From Acidobacteriota bacterium (GTDB lineage: Bacteria > Acidobacteriota > UBA6911 > JACQSX01): a DNA stretch of 42,067 nt. Shown here in pieces: positions 16,690 through 25,533 of the stretch. Under the pieces are notes generated by a model, which saw only the letters and a list, made by a program, of their open reading frames with translations, did not search any database and had not been told where the DNA came from. The stretch is from contig DASXQR010000032.1 of NCBI GenBank assembly GCA_036507075.1, forward strand, positions 1-42,067, read 5' to 3'. Numbering within the stretch: position 1 is the first letter of the stretch; each line of letters starts with the position of its first letter. The position numbers were made by a program, and so were the translations under genes.

Positions 16690-18579
16690 GTGTTCCCCAG
16701 ACCGATAACACTGCTATTGTTGGCGTTCACATTCGCCGCCGCTCCATCTATTCCAGACGGCGAGTGGAGATTCTACGGCCATGACTCCGGAGGTGCGCGA
16801 TTTTCCCCTCTGAAACAGATCAACACGTCAAACGTCTCTAACCTGCGCCGAGCCTGGACCTACCATATGGGCGAACTGCAACGGCTTCCCAATGCCAGTC
16901 CCGACCGCGAGCCGCCGGCTTTCGAATGTACTCCGCTGATGGTCGACAACGCCCTTTATATATCTACGCCATCAGGCAGGGTCATCGCTCTGGACGCAGA
17001 GAATGGGACAAAAATCTGGCAGTTCGACTCGCAGAAGAGCAGCGCGCCCGATTCAACATCGCGGCGTTACCACCAGCATCGCGGCGTTTCATTCTGGTCC
17101 GGGCGTGTCAACGGCCGGCAGGAATCAAGAGTCCTGTTCGGTACTCTTGATGGACGATTGATCGCGCTCAGCGCGAAAACCGGAACGCCCTGCCCCGATT
17201 TCGGCGAAGGCGGTTCAGTGCAGTTGAGGAGCCCCGACCCGCGCTGGTCAGCCGCCTTGTTCGCGATTACTTCGGCGCCCGCTATTTACCAGGATCTCGT
17301 CATCACCGGATCCAGATTGCAGGAGCGACCCTCGTTGGGACCGAGCGGTGCCGTACATGCGTTTGATGTGCGCACCGGAAAACAGGCGTGGGTTTTCAAC
17401 ACGGTTCCAAAACCTGACGAACCCGGACATGAAACATGGACAGAAGACGCATGGCGCGACAGGAGCGGGACGAATGTCTGGTCCACAATCAGCGTTGATG
17501 AACAACGAGGGCTTCTATTTTTGCCGGTCGGATCTCCGGCTGAAGATTTCCGTGGAGATGATCGAAGAGGCGCCAATCTGTTTGGCGATTCGCTCGTCGT
17601 GCTGAATGCGCGAACTGGAAAACTGGTCTGGCATTACCAGATGGTGCATCACGATCTGTGGGACTACGACGTTCCCGCCCAACCAAACCTGGTTGTGGTG
17701 CGAAGCGGCGGCCGCAGCGTAGACGCCGTGGCCCAGGTCACCAAGGTCGGGCTGATATTTTTGTTCGACCGCGTGACGGGCCGACCGCTATTTCCCATTG
17801 AGGAGCGGGCGGTACCGCAAGCGGCTGTGGCCGCGCAGGCATCGTGGCCAACGCAACCGTTCCCTGTAAAACCGCCGCCACTCAGCCGCCTTTCAATCAG
17901 TGAGGCTGATCTGGTGGACGCGCCACCGGAGTCGAGACAACGTTGCCGCGACCTGTTTTTCACAGTGACAGGCAAGCAGGTGTTTACTCCGCTCGCTTGC
18001 GAGAACACGTTGATCATTCCCGGCACGCTTGGCGGCGGCAACTGGTCGGGTGCTTCTTTTGATCCGCGAACCGGGTGGCTCTACGTGAATGTTAATGAAG
18101 TGCCAGTGATTGCCGCGCTCAAATGCGATGAGTCAAGGGAAGCAAAGGAGCGAAGCGGCGCGTTGAAGAGATACATGCGTTTCACTGATGCGCGCGGAAG
18201 ACCTTGCGTCCAGCCTCCGTGGGGAACCCTGAACGCAGTCAACCTGAATACAGGCGAGCTGGTCTGGAAGGTGCCGCTGGGAAACGATGACACGCTCGGC
18301 CAACTGCGCAAAACCGGTGCGCCGAATCTTGGAGGCTCTTTTATCACGGCGGGAGATCTGGTTTTTATTGCCGCAACCACTGACAGCAAGATCCGGGCAT
18401 TCAACGCGCGCACGGGAGATGAACTCTGGTCGGCATCCCTTGAGGCACCGGGACACGCCGCCCCGATGACATATCGGGCAAGGAACGGAAAGCAGTACAT
18501 CGTCATCGCTGCCGGCGGCGGCGGATATCTAAGCAGCAACAAAACCTCCGACCCGCTGGTGGCATTTGCGTTGCCGTAG
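16690..18579 (+). CDS. PQQ-dependent glucose/quinate dehydrogenase family protein (no N-terminal membrane anchor)
   Basis: FSPLKQINTSNV, FECTPL, HHDLWDYD, PCVQPPWG, APMTY motifs; probable GTG start 16690 before a hydrophobic signal segment. Confidence 0.9.
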   Translation: MFPRPITLLLLAFTFAAAPSIPDGEWRFYGHDSGGARFSPLKQINTSNVSNLRRAWTYHMGELQRLPNASPDREPPAFECTPLMVDNALYISTPSGRVIALDAENGTKIWQFDSQKSSAPDSTSRRYHQHRGVSFWSGRVNGRQESRVLFGTLDGRLIALSAKTGTPCPDFGEGGSVQLRSPDPRWSAALFAITSAPAIYQDLVITGSRLQERPSLGPSGAVHAFDVRTGKQAWVFNTVPKPDEPGHETWTEDAWRDRSGTNVWSTISVDEQRGLLFLPVGSPAEDFRGDDRRGANLFGDSLVVLNARTGKLVWHYQMVHHDLWDYDVPAQPNLVVVRSGGRSVDAVAQVTKVGLIFLFDRVTGRPLFPIEERAVPQAAVAAQASWPTQPFPVKPPPLSRLSISEADLVDAPPESRQRCRDLFFTVTGKQVFTPLACENTLIIPGTLGGGNWSGASFDPRTGWLYVNVNEVPVIAALKCDESREAKERSGALKRYMRFTDARGRPCVQPPWGTLNAVNLNTGELVWKVPLGNDDTLGQLRKTGAPNLGGSFITAGDLVFIAATTDSKIRAFNARTGDELWSASLEAPGHAAPMTYRARNGKQYIVIAAGGGGYLSSNKTSDPLVAFALP

Positions 18580-18589
18580 TTCGGAAAGC

Positions 18590-18880
18590 CACCTTCTGCC
18601 ACAGTGCCGACACCAACACGCCGGCTTGTGAGGCCAACCCCCTGCCGCCGTTAATCGAAAAGATTACGCTTCCAGCCGGAACTGTTCCCGATCGGGAAGT
18701 TACAATCGCGTAACCGGTTCTCACCGTTCCCACGCCGGTTGTGGAAAGTTTGATCATACCATTGGCGGGAATTGTGTAGTCCAGGCTCGAGTGTGATCCA
18801 ATGCCGGACCCAAAATCGAGGAGAAGCGGATTCCCATTATCATCGAATATGGCAATTGTTCCCGCACTTTCAGTCGGATC
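18590..18880 (-). pseudogene. Truncated fragment of a secreted beta-sandwich-type protein
   Basis: Protein-like frame AGTIAIFDDNGNPL...YTIPANGMIKLSTTG...TGYAIV...GSVIFS...SQAGV with no start or RBS; upstream replaced by a nonamer hairpin. Confidence 0.5.
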
Positions 18881-18902
18881 TGACCGGCCGGCGCCTGAAC
18901 GC

Positions 18903-18965
18903 TTGTGGCCTTTGTGTCTTTGTGGTGTGAGCTTTTCCTTGACCACAAAGACACAAAGGCCACAA
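18903..18965. repeat. Nonamer-repeat hairpin, perfect 24-bp arms
   Basis: ttgtggcctttgtgtctttgtggt (18903-18926) is the reverse complement of accacaaagacacaaaggccacaa (18942-18965). Confidence 0.9.
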
Positions 18966-18984
18966 AGATTGTTGTTCGTCAATT

Positions 18985-20280
18985 TTATTGCCGGATACAG
19001 TACAACGCGTCCTGGCTGCGAAGGTAAATGCTGCCACCGACGATGGCGGGGGTGGCGATGAACGTCTGGTCGGTCAGAGTGTTGGTGGCCAGAACCTCGT
19101 ATTTCTCACCCATCCTGACTACTACTACGTCGCCGTTTTCGGTGGCCAGATACAACTTTCCATTGGCCGCAACCGGAGAAGCTTTGAAGCTGTAAGGCCT
19201 GGGCAGGCGCTGCAGGTGATAATAAGGCTCGCCGGTGACTGCATTCAGGCAACTGAGCATCCCGCTGTCGGTGACAAGGTAGAGTTTGTTGTCGTGTAGA
19301 ACCGGCGAGGCGGTGTAAGGATTGCCGCGGTTGTTGGTCCAGGCGATGGCATCCGTTCCGGTCAGGTCGCCCTGTCGGCCAAAGCGGATGGCCAGTAGGT
19401 TGGGATCGCGGTGGCCGCTCATCACGTAAACCATGCCGGCCGCGGCCACGGGCGCAGGAATGACATTGCTGCCCAGGCCGGCGCATTCCCAGATCAGCCT
19501 GCCGGTCGACGGATCGTAGGACCGGACCCTCTTTGAGGCGCTCACCACTACTTCTCTGCGCCTGTTATGAGTGACTACGAGAGGCGGAGACCAGGAGCTA
19601 AGCTCGTTCCGCTGCACGCGCCAGATTTCCTTGCCGTCGCGCTTGTCCAGCGCCAGCATGTAAGAGTCCTCTTCCTGGTCGAACTTCAAAAACAGCATAT
19701 CGCCGTCCAGGACAGCCGCTACGCCTTCGCCAAAATCGAGCCGCATGCGCATGGGCGGGAATTCCTTGCTCCAGGCAAGCTTCCCGTTCAGGTCATATTT
19801 GTACAGGCCCCGTGATCCGAAGAACGCGTACAGGTGGTTTCCATCAGTGACAGGACTGTTTGAAGCAAAGCTGCCATACTGGTAATGATAGCCTTCGCGC
19901 GGCGTGGCGATCCTGGCCACGCGCTCCCACAAGACCTTACCGTTGTGGCGATCGAGGCAAAGCACTACGAACCTGTGCTCGCGCCCGGCGCCTGCTCCGC
20001 CCCTGGGGCCGCGAGAAGCGCCTTGCGCCGCCGCCGCCGGCTCTGCGCCGGTTGGCACGGCGGTGGTGAGGAAAATTTTGTCGCCCCAGACGACCGGCGA
20101 GGAGTGGCCGCGGCCGGGAATCGCTACGCGCCAGGCGATGTTCTTGGTGTCACTCCATTCCAGAGGGGCGTCTCCGCGCGCCAGTCCATCATCTTTGGGC
20201 CCACGCCATCGGGGCCAGTCATCATTGGCTGCCGCAGCCAGACCCGCTAAGAGCAACGCTACAATCTGTACCGTGATCAT
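18985..20280 (-). CDS. PQQ-binding-like beta-propeller protein (BamB-like repeats)
   Basis: Signal peptide, DWPRWRGP, GHSSPVVWGDKIF, ASPV repeats, ATPAI..GSIYLR; GGAGG RBS at 20291-20295 (minus). Confidence 0.9.
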   Translation of the reverse strand: MITVQIVALLLAGLAAAANDDWPRWRGPKDDGLARGDAPLEWSDTKNIAWRVAIPGRGHSSPVVWGDKIFLTTAVPTGAEPAAAAQGASRGPRGGAGAGREHRFVVLCLDRHNGKVLWERVARIATPREGYHYQYGSFASNSPVTDGNHLYAFFGSRGLYKYDLNGKLAWSKEFPPMRMRLDFGEGVAAVLDGDMLFLKFDQEEDSYMLALDKRDGKEIWRVQRNELSSWSPPLVVTHNRRREVVVSASKRVRSYDPSTGRLIWECAGLGSNVIPAPVAAAGMVYVMSGHRDPNLLAIRFGRQGDLTGTDAIAWTNNRGNPYTASPVLHDNKLYLVTDSGMLSCLNAVTGEPYYHLQRLPRPYSFKASPVAANGKLYLATENGDVVVVRMGEKYEVLATNTLTDQTFIATPAIVGGSIYLRSQDALYCIRQ

Positions 20281-20306
20281 TTCCGATTGACCTCCTGGTC
20301 AGAAGT

Positions 20307-20371
20307 CTTTGTGTCCTTCGTGTCTTTGTGGTCCAACCGTTCTTGAACCACAAAGGCACAAAGATCACAAA
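20307..20371. repeat. Nonamer-repeat hairpin
   Basis: ctttgtgtccttcgtgtctttgtggt ... accacaaaggcacaaagatcacaaa; same family as 18903-18965. Confidence 0.8.
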
Positions 20372-20387
20372 TATATCGTCCGGCCAA

Positions 20388-21686
20388 TCAAACGCCTGAC
20401 GCCAGGTAGCGCTTGATGGCGGCCAAGGTTCTCTCGATCTCCTTGTGCGAATTGTAAAAATGAGGCGAGAAGCGCAGGCCCGGGCGGTCGGGTCCCAGCC
20501 TGGTGGCCCCTGCAATGTGATCTTTTTCGTAAAGGATATCCGAGAGCTTCTTTACATCCAGCGCGCCCGGCTGAAAGCTTACCACCGCGACCGAACGGCC
20601 GGGATCGGGATGGGTCCAGAGTTTTACGCCGTCGATTTTTCTTAAGCCTTCCATCAACGCCTGGGTCAATTCGCGCGCACGATCTTCGATCGCCTTTCGA
20701 CCAATCCTGATTTGGAATTTCAAGGCTTCTCCGAACGCGATGATCGCGGGTTCGTCTCGCTGTCCGAATGCTTCAAACGTCTTTGAGACCCCGACACCCC
20801 CGGGGTAAGCGCTGTAAATGCTCGGCCAGATCTTTGATTGGGCGTTTTTATTGATGTAGAGCACTCCCGTTTCCTTGGGACCGCAGGGCCACTTGTGAGA
20901 GCTGCCGCTGTAAAAGTCCGGCTGAATCTTGCCAAGATCGATATCCAGCAGTCCAAACGACTGAGCGCCATCGATCAGGGTCAGCGCTCCGCGTTCCCGC
21001 GCAATCCGACAGATTTCTTTGGCCGGAAACAGATCGCCCACCGTACTGGTCAGGTGGGTGAAGCCCACCAGCTTTGTGCGGGCATTGAACTGGCGCGTGA
21101 AGGCTTCGATGTAGTAATCATCCCCGGGATGGGGATTGACTTGTTCGACAATGCGAATCGCGAAGCCGAACCGTTTGGATTTCTGCTGCCAGGCGACGTA
21201 ATTACTCGGATGGTTGTCGGAAAAGAGAACAACTTCGTCACCCGCTTTCAGGTCGACGCCGCTGGATACCAGGTTGTTCGACTCGCTGGTGTTTCGCGTG
21301 ATGACGATTTCCTCCGGGCTCACCCGCAGAAATTCGGCGAGCAACCTTCTGGTATTCTCCTTTCCCTCGGCCATTTTGGCGCGGTTGTTAAAAGAGGCAT
21401 CACGATCGATATCCCGGGTGTTCTGGTACATGGTTTCAAGCACAGGAAGCGACGAAGGACACAGATTGGCGGCATTCATCACCGCCAGATCTGAGGGCAT
21501 CAAAAACTGTTCTCGGACCGAGTCCCAGAAGCGTTCATCGGGAGATCCCGGAGTCGGAGGTAGCGGGCGCTTCTTCTGCCATGCCAATCCCGGTTGAGTC
21601 AGCATTGCTGCGGCGCCCCCGAACGCGACGCTGCGGGCGAAATTCCTTCGATTCATTCCGGTGTTGTGAAGCCTGTTTGTTGGCAT
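20388..21686 (-). CDS. Tat-exported class V PLP-dependent enzyme (isopenicillin-N epimerase/cysteine desulfurase-like)
   Basis: NRRNF Tat motif; ITRNTSE, HPSN, DGAQ, SSHKW (PLP lysine), LRFSPHFYN; start ATG 21686 with AAGGAGG upstream. Confidence 0.9.
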   Translation of the reverse strand: MPTNRLHNTGMNRRNFARSVAFGGAAAMLTQPGLAWQKKRPLPPTPGSPDERFWDSVREQFLMPSDLAVMNAANLCPSSLPVLETMYQNTRDIDRDASFNNRAKMAEGKENTRRLLAEFLRVSPEEIVITRNTSESNNLVSSGVDLKAGDEVVLFSDNHPSNYVAWQQKSKRFGFAIRIVEQVNPHPGDDYYIEAFTRQFNARTKLVGFTHLTSTVGDLFPAKEICRIARERGALTLIDGAQSFGLLDIDLGKIQPDFYSGSSHKWPCGPKETGVLYINKNAQSKIWPSIYSAYPGGVGVSKTFEAFGQRDEPAIIAFGEALKFQIRIGRKAIEDRARELTQALMEGLRKIDGVKLWTHPDPGRSVAVVSFQPGALDVKKLSDILYEKDHIAGATRLGPDRPGLRFSPHFYNSHKEIERTLAAIKRYLASGV

Positions 21687-21720
21687 GGCAGCCTCCTTGA
21701 AAAGCTCAGCGGCGCCCGGC

Positions 21721-21770
21721 GTAGAGACGCAACATGCCGCGTCAGAGTTTGCCGCGACATGTCGGGACAC
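21721..21770. repeat. Degenerate GTAG-type REP doublet
   Basis: gtagagacgcaacatgccgcgtcagagtttgccgcgacatgtcg is homologous to the reverse complement of 26768-26821; palindrome gccgcgacatgtcgcggc also at ~21859-21876. Confidence 0.75.
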
Positions 21771-21912
21771 GTGGCTGGGTTTTTTTGATTCTATACTTTG
21801 CAGACTGGTTAAAGGTATATGCGCGGCAATTTTTTACAAGGCTTGCTACGGCAACGAGGCCGCGACATGTCGCGGCCAGGCGCTGCAAAGCAGCGCTATG
21901 GGTTGCGCAATC

Positions 21913-21940
21913 TTGACTCGATTGCCACCGATGGTATGAT
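21913..21940 (+). promoter_or_regulatory. sigma70-type promoter upstream of the riboswitch
   Basis: TTGACT (21913-21918), 16 bp, TATGAT (21935-21940) preceded by extended TG. Confidence 0.65.
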
Positions 21941-21993
21941 CCGAGTATCGGCGCGCAGGCAAAGTGCCATGCACGGGTGCGCGCTGGTATTTG

Positions 21994-22157
21994 TCTGCCG
22001 AGGCTGCAGGGCTGTTTAAAGCTCTGCGGCGCGGGGGAACCAGGTTTCACTTCGCGTGGAACAGGGGCGCATCGTCCGGATCCGATATTGGCGATCCTAT
22101 CGTAGAGCACTTTCCGGCTCGAGCCCGACAGCTAACCTCGCAGGCCAAAGGGAAGGA
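21994..22157 (+). ncRNA. c-di-AMP riboswitch (ydaO/yuaA class)
   Basis: Conserved blocks in order: GCCGA; 11-bp stem gctgcagggct/agctctgcggc; GCGGGGGAACCA; AGGGGCGCATC; GTAGAGC...GCTC; GAGCCCGACAGCTAACCTCGCAGGC; GCGGGG pairs with CCTCGC; loop CTTTCC (22110-22115) can pair with GGAAGG (22151-22156) as the known pseudoknot. Confidence 0.9.
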
Positions 22158-22358
22158 CAAAACGCCGGAGAAGTTTCCTGTCCGGATGGCCAGGTGTACT
22201 TCATGGATGGCGGAGCAAATTCGCAGAGTGACTCGTCGCGGGACCAAGCTTGACTTTCTCCCGACCACTCCTGAACGAGTGACCTTCCCCAAGCTACTAC
22301 TTACTTGCAAAAGTCATTGCACGTTGGGAAGTGGAGAGATGGCCTGAGGGCCGTCTCT

Positions 22359-22651
22359 AGACCGCGAAGCGGTCAAAGAGAATAGCCGGGGGCAAGCGCA
22401 TTTTTTTGCGCGCCGCCCCCGGTCGAGGCCCCCAATCAGGAGCGACCCTGAAAGGGTCGAAAAGCGACGTGGCGACGGCGATCTTGAAAACGATTCTGGC
22501 ACCCTTTCAGGGTGCGCTGGTTGGGGGAAGCTCACCGGGGGCGGCGCGCAAAAAACGCGCTTGCCCCCGGCTATTCTCTCTGACGCTTTCAGCGTCCAGA
22601 CCGACAATTCAATCCTTTAGACTGGTTGGCACTGCGACGTGCTCTCTTTTT
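22359..22651. mobile_element. ~290-bp non-autonomous palindromic element (MITE/REPIN-like), copy 1
   Basis: Nested IRs gagaatagccgggggcaagcg / cgcttgcccccggctattctc and ccctgaaaggg / ccctttcaggg; near-identical copy at 31462-31752. Confidence 0.85.
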
Positions 22652-22761
22652 GGTTGCGGCTCTGCCACTGTAGCCTCGTGAACATGGACGGCCTTTTGGT
22701 TGCGGCCTGCGGCCGGGCTGTGCCTTTGTGGTTGATAGGACCGATCATTTTTGGAGCAAAA

Positions 22762-23817
22762 ATGAAGCGTGACAAGCAAGCAAAAACCACAAGTCTGCTT
22801 GCAGCAACGGCAATGACGTTTCTGCTGTGCTTTGCATCGTGCGCAAAAAGCGGGCCGGGAAATGGCAGCCGGGTGACTCTGATTCTGGGAGCTTACACGA
22901 CGCCCCGCGAGGCCTACAGCAAGGCGATCATTCCATCATTCAAGCAGGTGTGGAAGAGCAATTCCGGGCAGGATGTCGAGTTTCAGGCCTCCTATCAGGG
23001 AAGCGGATCTCAGGTGCGCGCCATCATCGGCGGATTTGAAGCAGATGTCGCAGCGCTCTCTTTGTCCGAAGACATTGACAAAATCCAGCAGGCAGGATTG
23101 ATTCACCACGACTGGAAATCCAAGCCCCACGGCGGAATGGCAACGCGGTCAATTGTGGTGATCGCCGTGCGGCCGGGCAATCCAAAGGGAATCAAGGACT
23201 GGCCCGATCTTGCCAAGCCGGGCTTGAATATCCTGACACCTGACCCGAAGACATCGGGCGGCGCGATGTGGAACATTAATGCAATATACGGCGCTGCCCT
23301 CAGGGGTCATGCGGGAGTTGCAGCCAACAACGCCGCGGCGGCAGAGCAGTTTCTCAAGAGCGTCTTTAAAAATGTGACCGTCATGGATAAGGGCGCGCGC
23401 GAATCCATCACCAATTTTGAACGGGGCGTGGGCGACGCGGCTATCACTTACGAGAATGAAGTGCTGGTCGGTCAGGCGGCAGGGCAAAAATACGAGTACA
23501 TCGTTCCACGCTCCACTATTCTGATCGAAAATCCGGTTGCCCTGGTTGATCAGTATGTGGACAAACACGGCACGCGCAAGGCGGCCGATGAGTTTCTCAA
23601 CTATCTCTGGAGCAAAGAGGCGCAGCGCGCATTCACGAAATTCGGACTGCGCCCGGTCGATCCTGATGTGGAAGGGGAGGCAGTGTCCCAATTTCGAGCC
23701 GTGGAAGACCTCTGGAAGATTGACTATCTGGGAGGCTGGAAGAAAGTGATTTCCGACATCTTCGGGCCGCAGGGAGTCTACAGTCGCATGCATCAGGAAC
23801 TGCATCAGTCCAAATGA
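22762..23817 (+). CDS. sbp: Sulfate ABC transporter substrate-binding protein (probable lipoprotein)
   Basis: SYQGSGSQVRAIIGGFEADV, GNPKGIKDWPDL, PDPKTSGGAMWN, GDAAITYENE, STILIENPVA; ATG 22762 with GGAG; FASC lipobox-like site. Confidence 0.9.
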   Translation: MKRDKQAKTTSLLAATAMTFLLCFASCAKSGPGNGSRVTLILGAYTTPREAYSKAIIPSFKQVWKSNSGQDVEFQASYQGSGSQVRAIIGGFEADVAALSLSEDIDKIQQAGLIHHDWKSKPHGGMATRSIVVIAVRPGNPKGIKDWPDLAKPGLNILTPDPKTSGGAMWNINAIYGAALRGHAGVAANNAAAAEQFLKSVFKNVTVMDKGARESITNFERGVGDAAITYENEVLVGQAAGQKYEYIVPRSTILIENPVALVDQYVDKHGTRKAADEFLNYLWSKEAQRAFTKFGLRPVDPDVEGEAVSQFRAVEDLWKIDYLGGWKKVISDIFGPQGVYSRMHQELHQSK

Positions 23818-24656
23818 GAGCAGCGGCTGCAGGCACGACGGCGTCAAGGAGCATTCCGTGGGGTTGCTGGGGACTGCGATCGGCGGCCGTCGCTTACCTG
23901 TCACTGATGGTGCTGATGCCGATTGGATCGATCGTGCATTACGGCTTCAGCGACGGTGTCGCCGGTTTTTGGCGCGAAATCTCAAATCCAGTGGCTGTTG
24001 GCGCGCTGCGTCTCACTCTGGTCACCGCATTCATCGCCACTATCACCAATGCGGTCATGGGGACGCTCACGGCCATGGCAATAGTCCGCTCCGAATTCGC
24101 CGGACGACATCTGCTCAACAGTCTGGTGGACGTGCCTTTCGCAATCCCGACCCTGGTAACCGGGGTGATGCTGGTGGTGCTGTACGGCCCGCAGACTACG
24201 CTGGGCTCATTGCTTGAAGCGAAAGGCATTCGCATCATCTTCGCCAAGCCCGGCATAGTGCTGGCGCTGCTTCTGGTGACGTACCCTTTTGTGATTCGCG
24301 CCGTGCAACCTGTGTTGCTGCAATTGGAACAGGAGCAGGAAGAGGCCGCCTTCACCATCGGCGCCAGCCGGTGGACGACGTTTTGGCGGATCATTCTGCC
24401 GGAAATCACTCCGGCCGTGCTGACAGGGTCGCTTTTGAACTTCGCCCGCGCTCTGGGCGAATTCGGCGCCATTGTGCTGGTGGCAGGAAACATTCCACGC
24501 CAGACTCTGACGGCTGCGGTGCACGTTTACGGCCAGGTCGAATCACAGAACCAACTCGGCGCCAGCGCAGTTTCGCTGCTGTTGCTCGCCCTCTCATTTT
24601 CTCTTCTGTTGCTGGTGGATCGAATACAACTGAGGCGGGAGGCGCGCCGTGCCTGA
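23814..24656 (+). CDS. cysT: Sulfate ABC transporter permease CysT
   Basis: LVDVPFAIPTLVTG, PFVIRAVQPVL, EEAA..IGAS, FARALGEFGAIVLVAGNIP. Confidence 0.92.
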   Translation: MRAAAAGTTASRSIPWGCWGLRSAAVAYLSLMVLMPIGSIVHYGFSDGVAGFWREISNPVAVGALRLTLVTAFIATITNAVMGTLTAMAIVRSEFAGRHLLNSLVDVPFAIPTLVTGVMLVVLYGPQTTLGSLLEAKGIRIIFAKPGIVLALLLVTYPFVIRAVQPVLLQLEQEQEEAAFTIGASRWTTFWRIILPEITPAVLTGSLLNFARALGEFGAIVLVAGNIPRQTLTAAVHVYGQVESQNQLGASAVSLLLLALSFSLLLLVDRIQLRREARRA

Positions 24657-25503
24657 TTTTTTCAGACGCTTCAGGGCAGATCGACGGCCCCGCAACCCGC
24701 GGCGCAATGGGGCTGACATGATACTGCTGGGAGTCGCCTTCGCATACGCCGGGGTATTGCTCATCGGTCCGCTCGCGGCGCTCATCTGGAGCAGTTTGAA
24801 GGACGGGCCGGCGATCTTCCTTCGTGAAATCAGCTCACCCGATGCGCTCCATGCTCTCAAGCTTACGCTGCAATTGAGCGCGGGAGCGACGGCTATCAAT
24901 ACCGTTTTCGGGCTGGTGATGGCCTGGGTTTTCGTGCGTGACCGGTTCAAGGGAAAGGCCTGGTTTAACGGATTAGTCGATCTGCCTTTCGCCGTTTCAC
25001 CGGTAATCGCGGGTTTGATGTTAATACTGCTGTTTGGGAGGGGAGGCTGGCTCAGCGGTTTGGCTGCAGCTCTCAACATCAGGGTCGTGTTTGCCGTGCC
25101 CGGGATGTTGCTGGCGACTGTTTTTGTCACCCTGCCATTTGTGGTTCGCGAAGTAATGCCCGTGCTCGAGCAGTTCGGCATCCAGCAGGAAAGCGCGGCT
25201 TATACCATCGGTGCCACGCCCTGGCAGACATTTCGCCTGGTCACTCTGCCCGCGATCCGCTGGGGTGTGCTTTACGGAATTTCACTTACGCTTGGCAGGG
25301 CGCTCGGTGAGTTCGGAGCGCTGGTCATAGTGAGCGGCGCGCTCAGCGGTTCGACTGAAACTTCCACTCTATTCATCTTCCGTTCTCTGGACGACCGAAA
25401 CTACACGGCCGCCTATTCCATGGCGCTCGTGCTCGCCGTTGTTTCTTTCAGCGTGCTTATCTTGATGGAGTTTTTCAGGAAGCGCGCCGGGATCAAACGA
25501 TAA
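24649..25503 (+). CDS. cysW: Sulfate ABC transporter permease CysW
   Basis: DLPFAVSPVIAGL, LATVFVTLPFVVRE, LPAIRWGVLYG, RALGEFGA; alternative start ATG ~24718. Confidence 0.92.
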   Translation: MPDFFRRFRADRRPRNPRRNGADMILLGVAFAYAGVLLIGPLAALIWSSLKDGPAIFLREISSPDALHALKLTLQLSAGATAINTVFGLVMAWVFVRDRFKGKAWFNGLVDLPFAVSPVIAGLMLILLFGRGGWLSGLAAALNIRVVFAVPGMLLATVFVTLPFVVREVMPVLEQFGIQQESAAYTIGATPWQTFRLVTLPAIRWGVLYGISLTLGRALGEFGALVIVSGALSGSTETSTLFIFRSLDDRNYTAAYSMALVLAVVSFSVLILMEFFRKRAGIKR

Positions 25504-25533
25504 TCCGCATAATGATGAGTGGAACAATCATTG

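Noticed and set aside
21994..22157. SAM-I/SAM-IV riboswitch, as expected upstream of sulfur genes
   Set aside because: Lacks the AUCxAGAG / GCAACC / GUGC core; all conserved blocks match the ydaO class instead.
21964..22347. 127-aa ORF and overlapping short ORFs
   Set aside because: They overlie the riboswitch and have no RBS or protein-like motifs.
22639..22761. N-terminal extension of sbp
   Set aside because: Derived from repeat sequence; RBS and lipoprotein-type signal fit ATG 22762.
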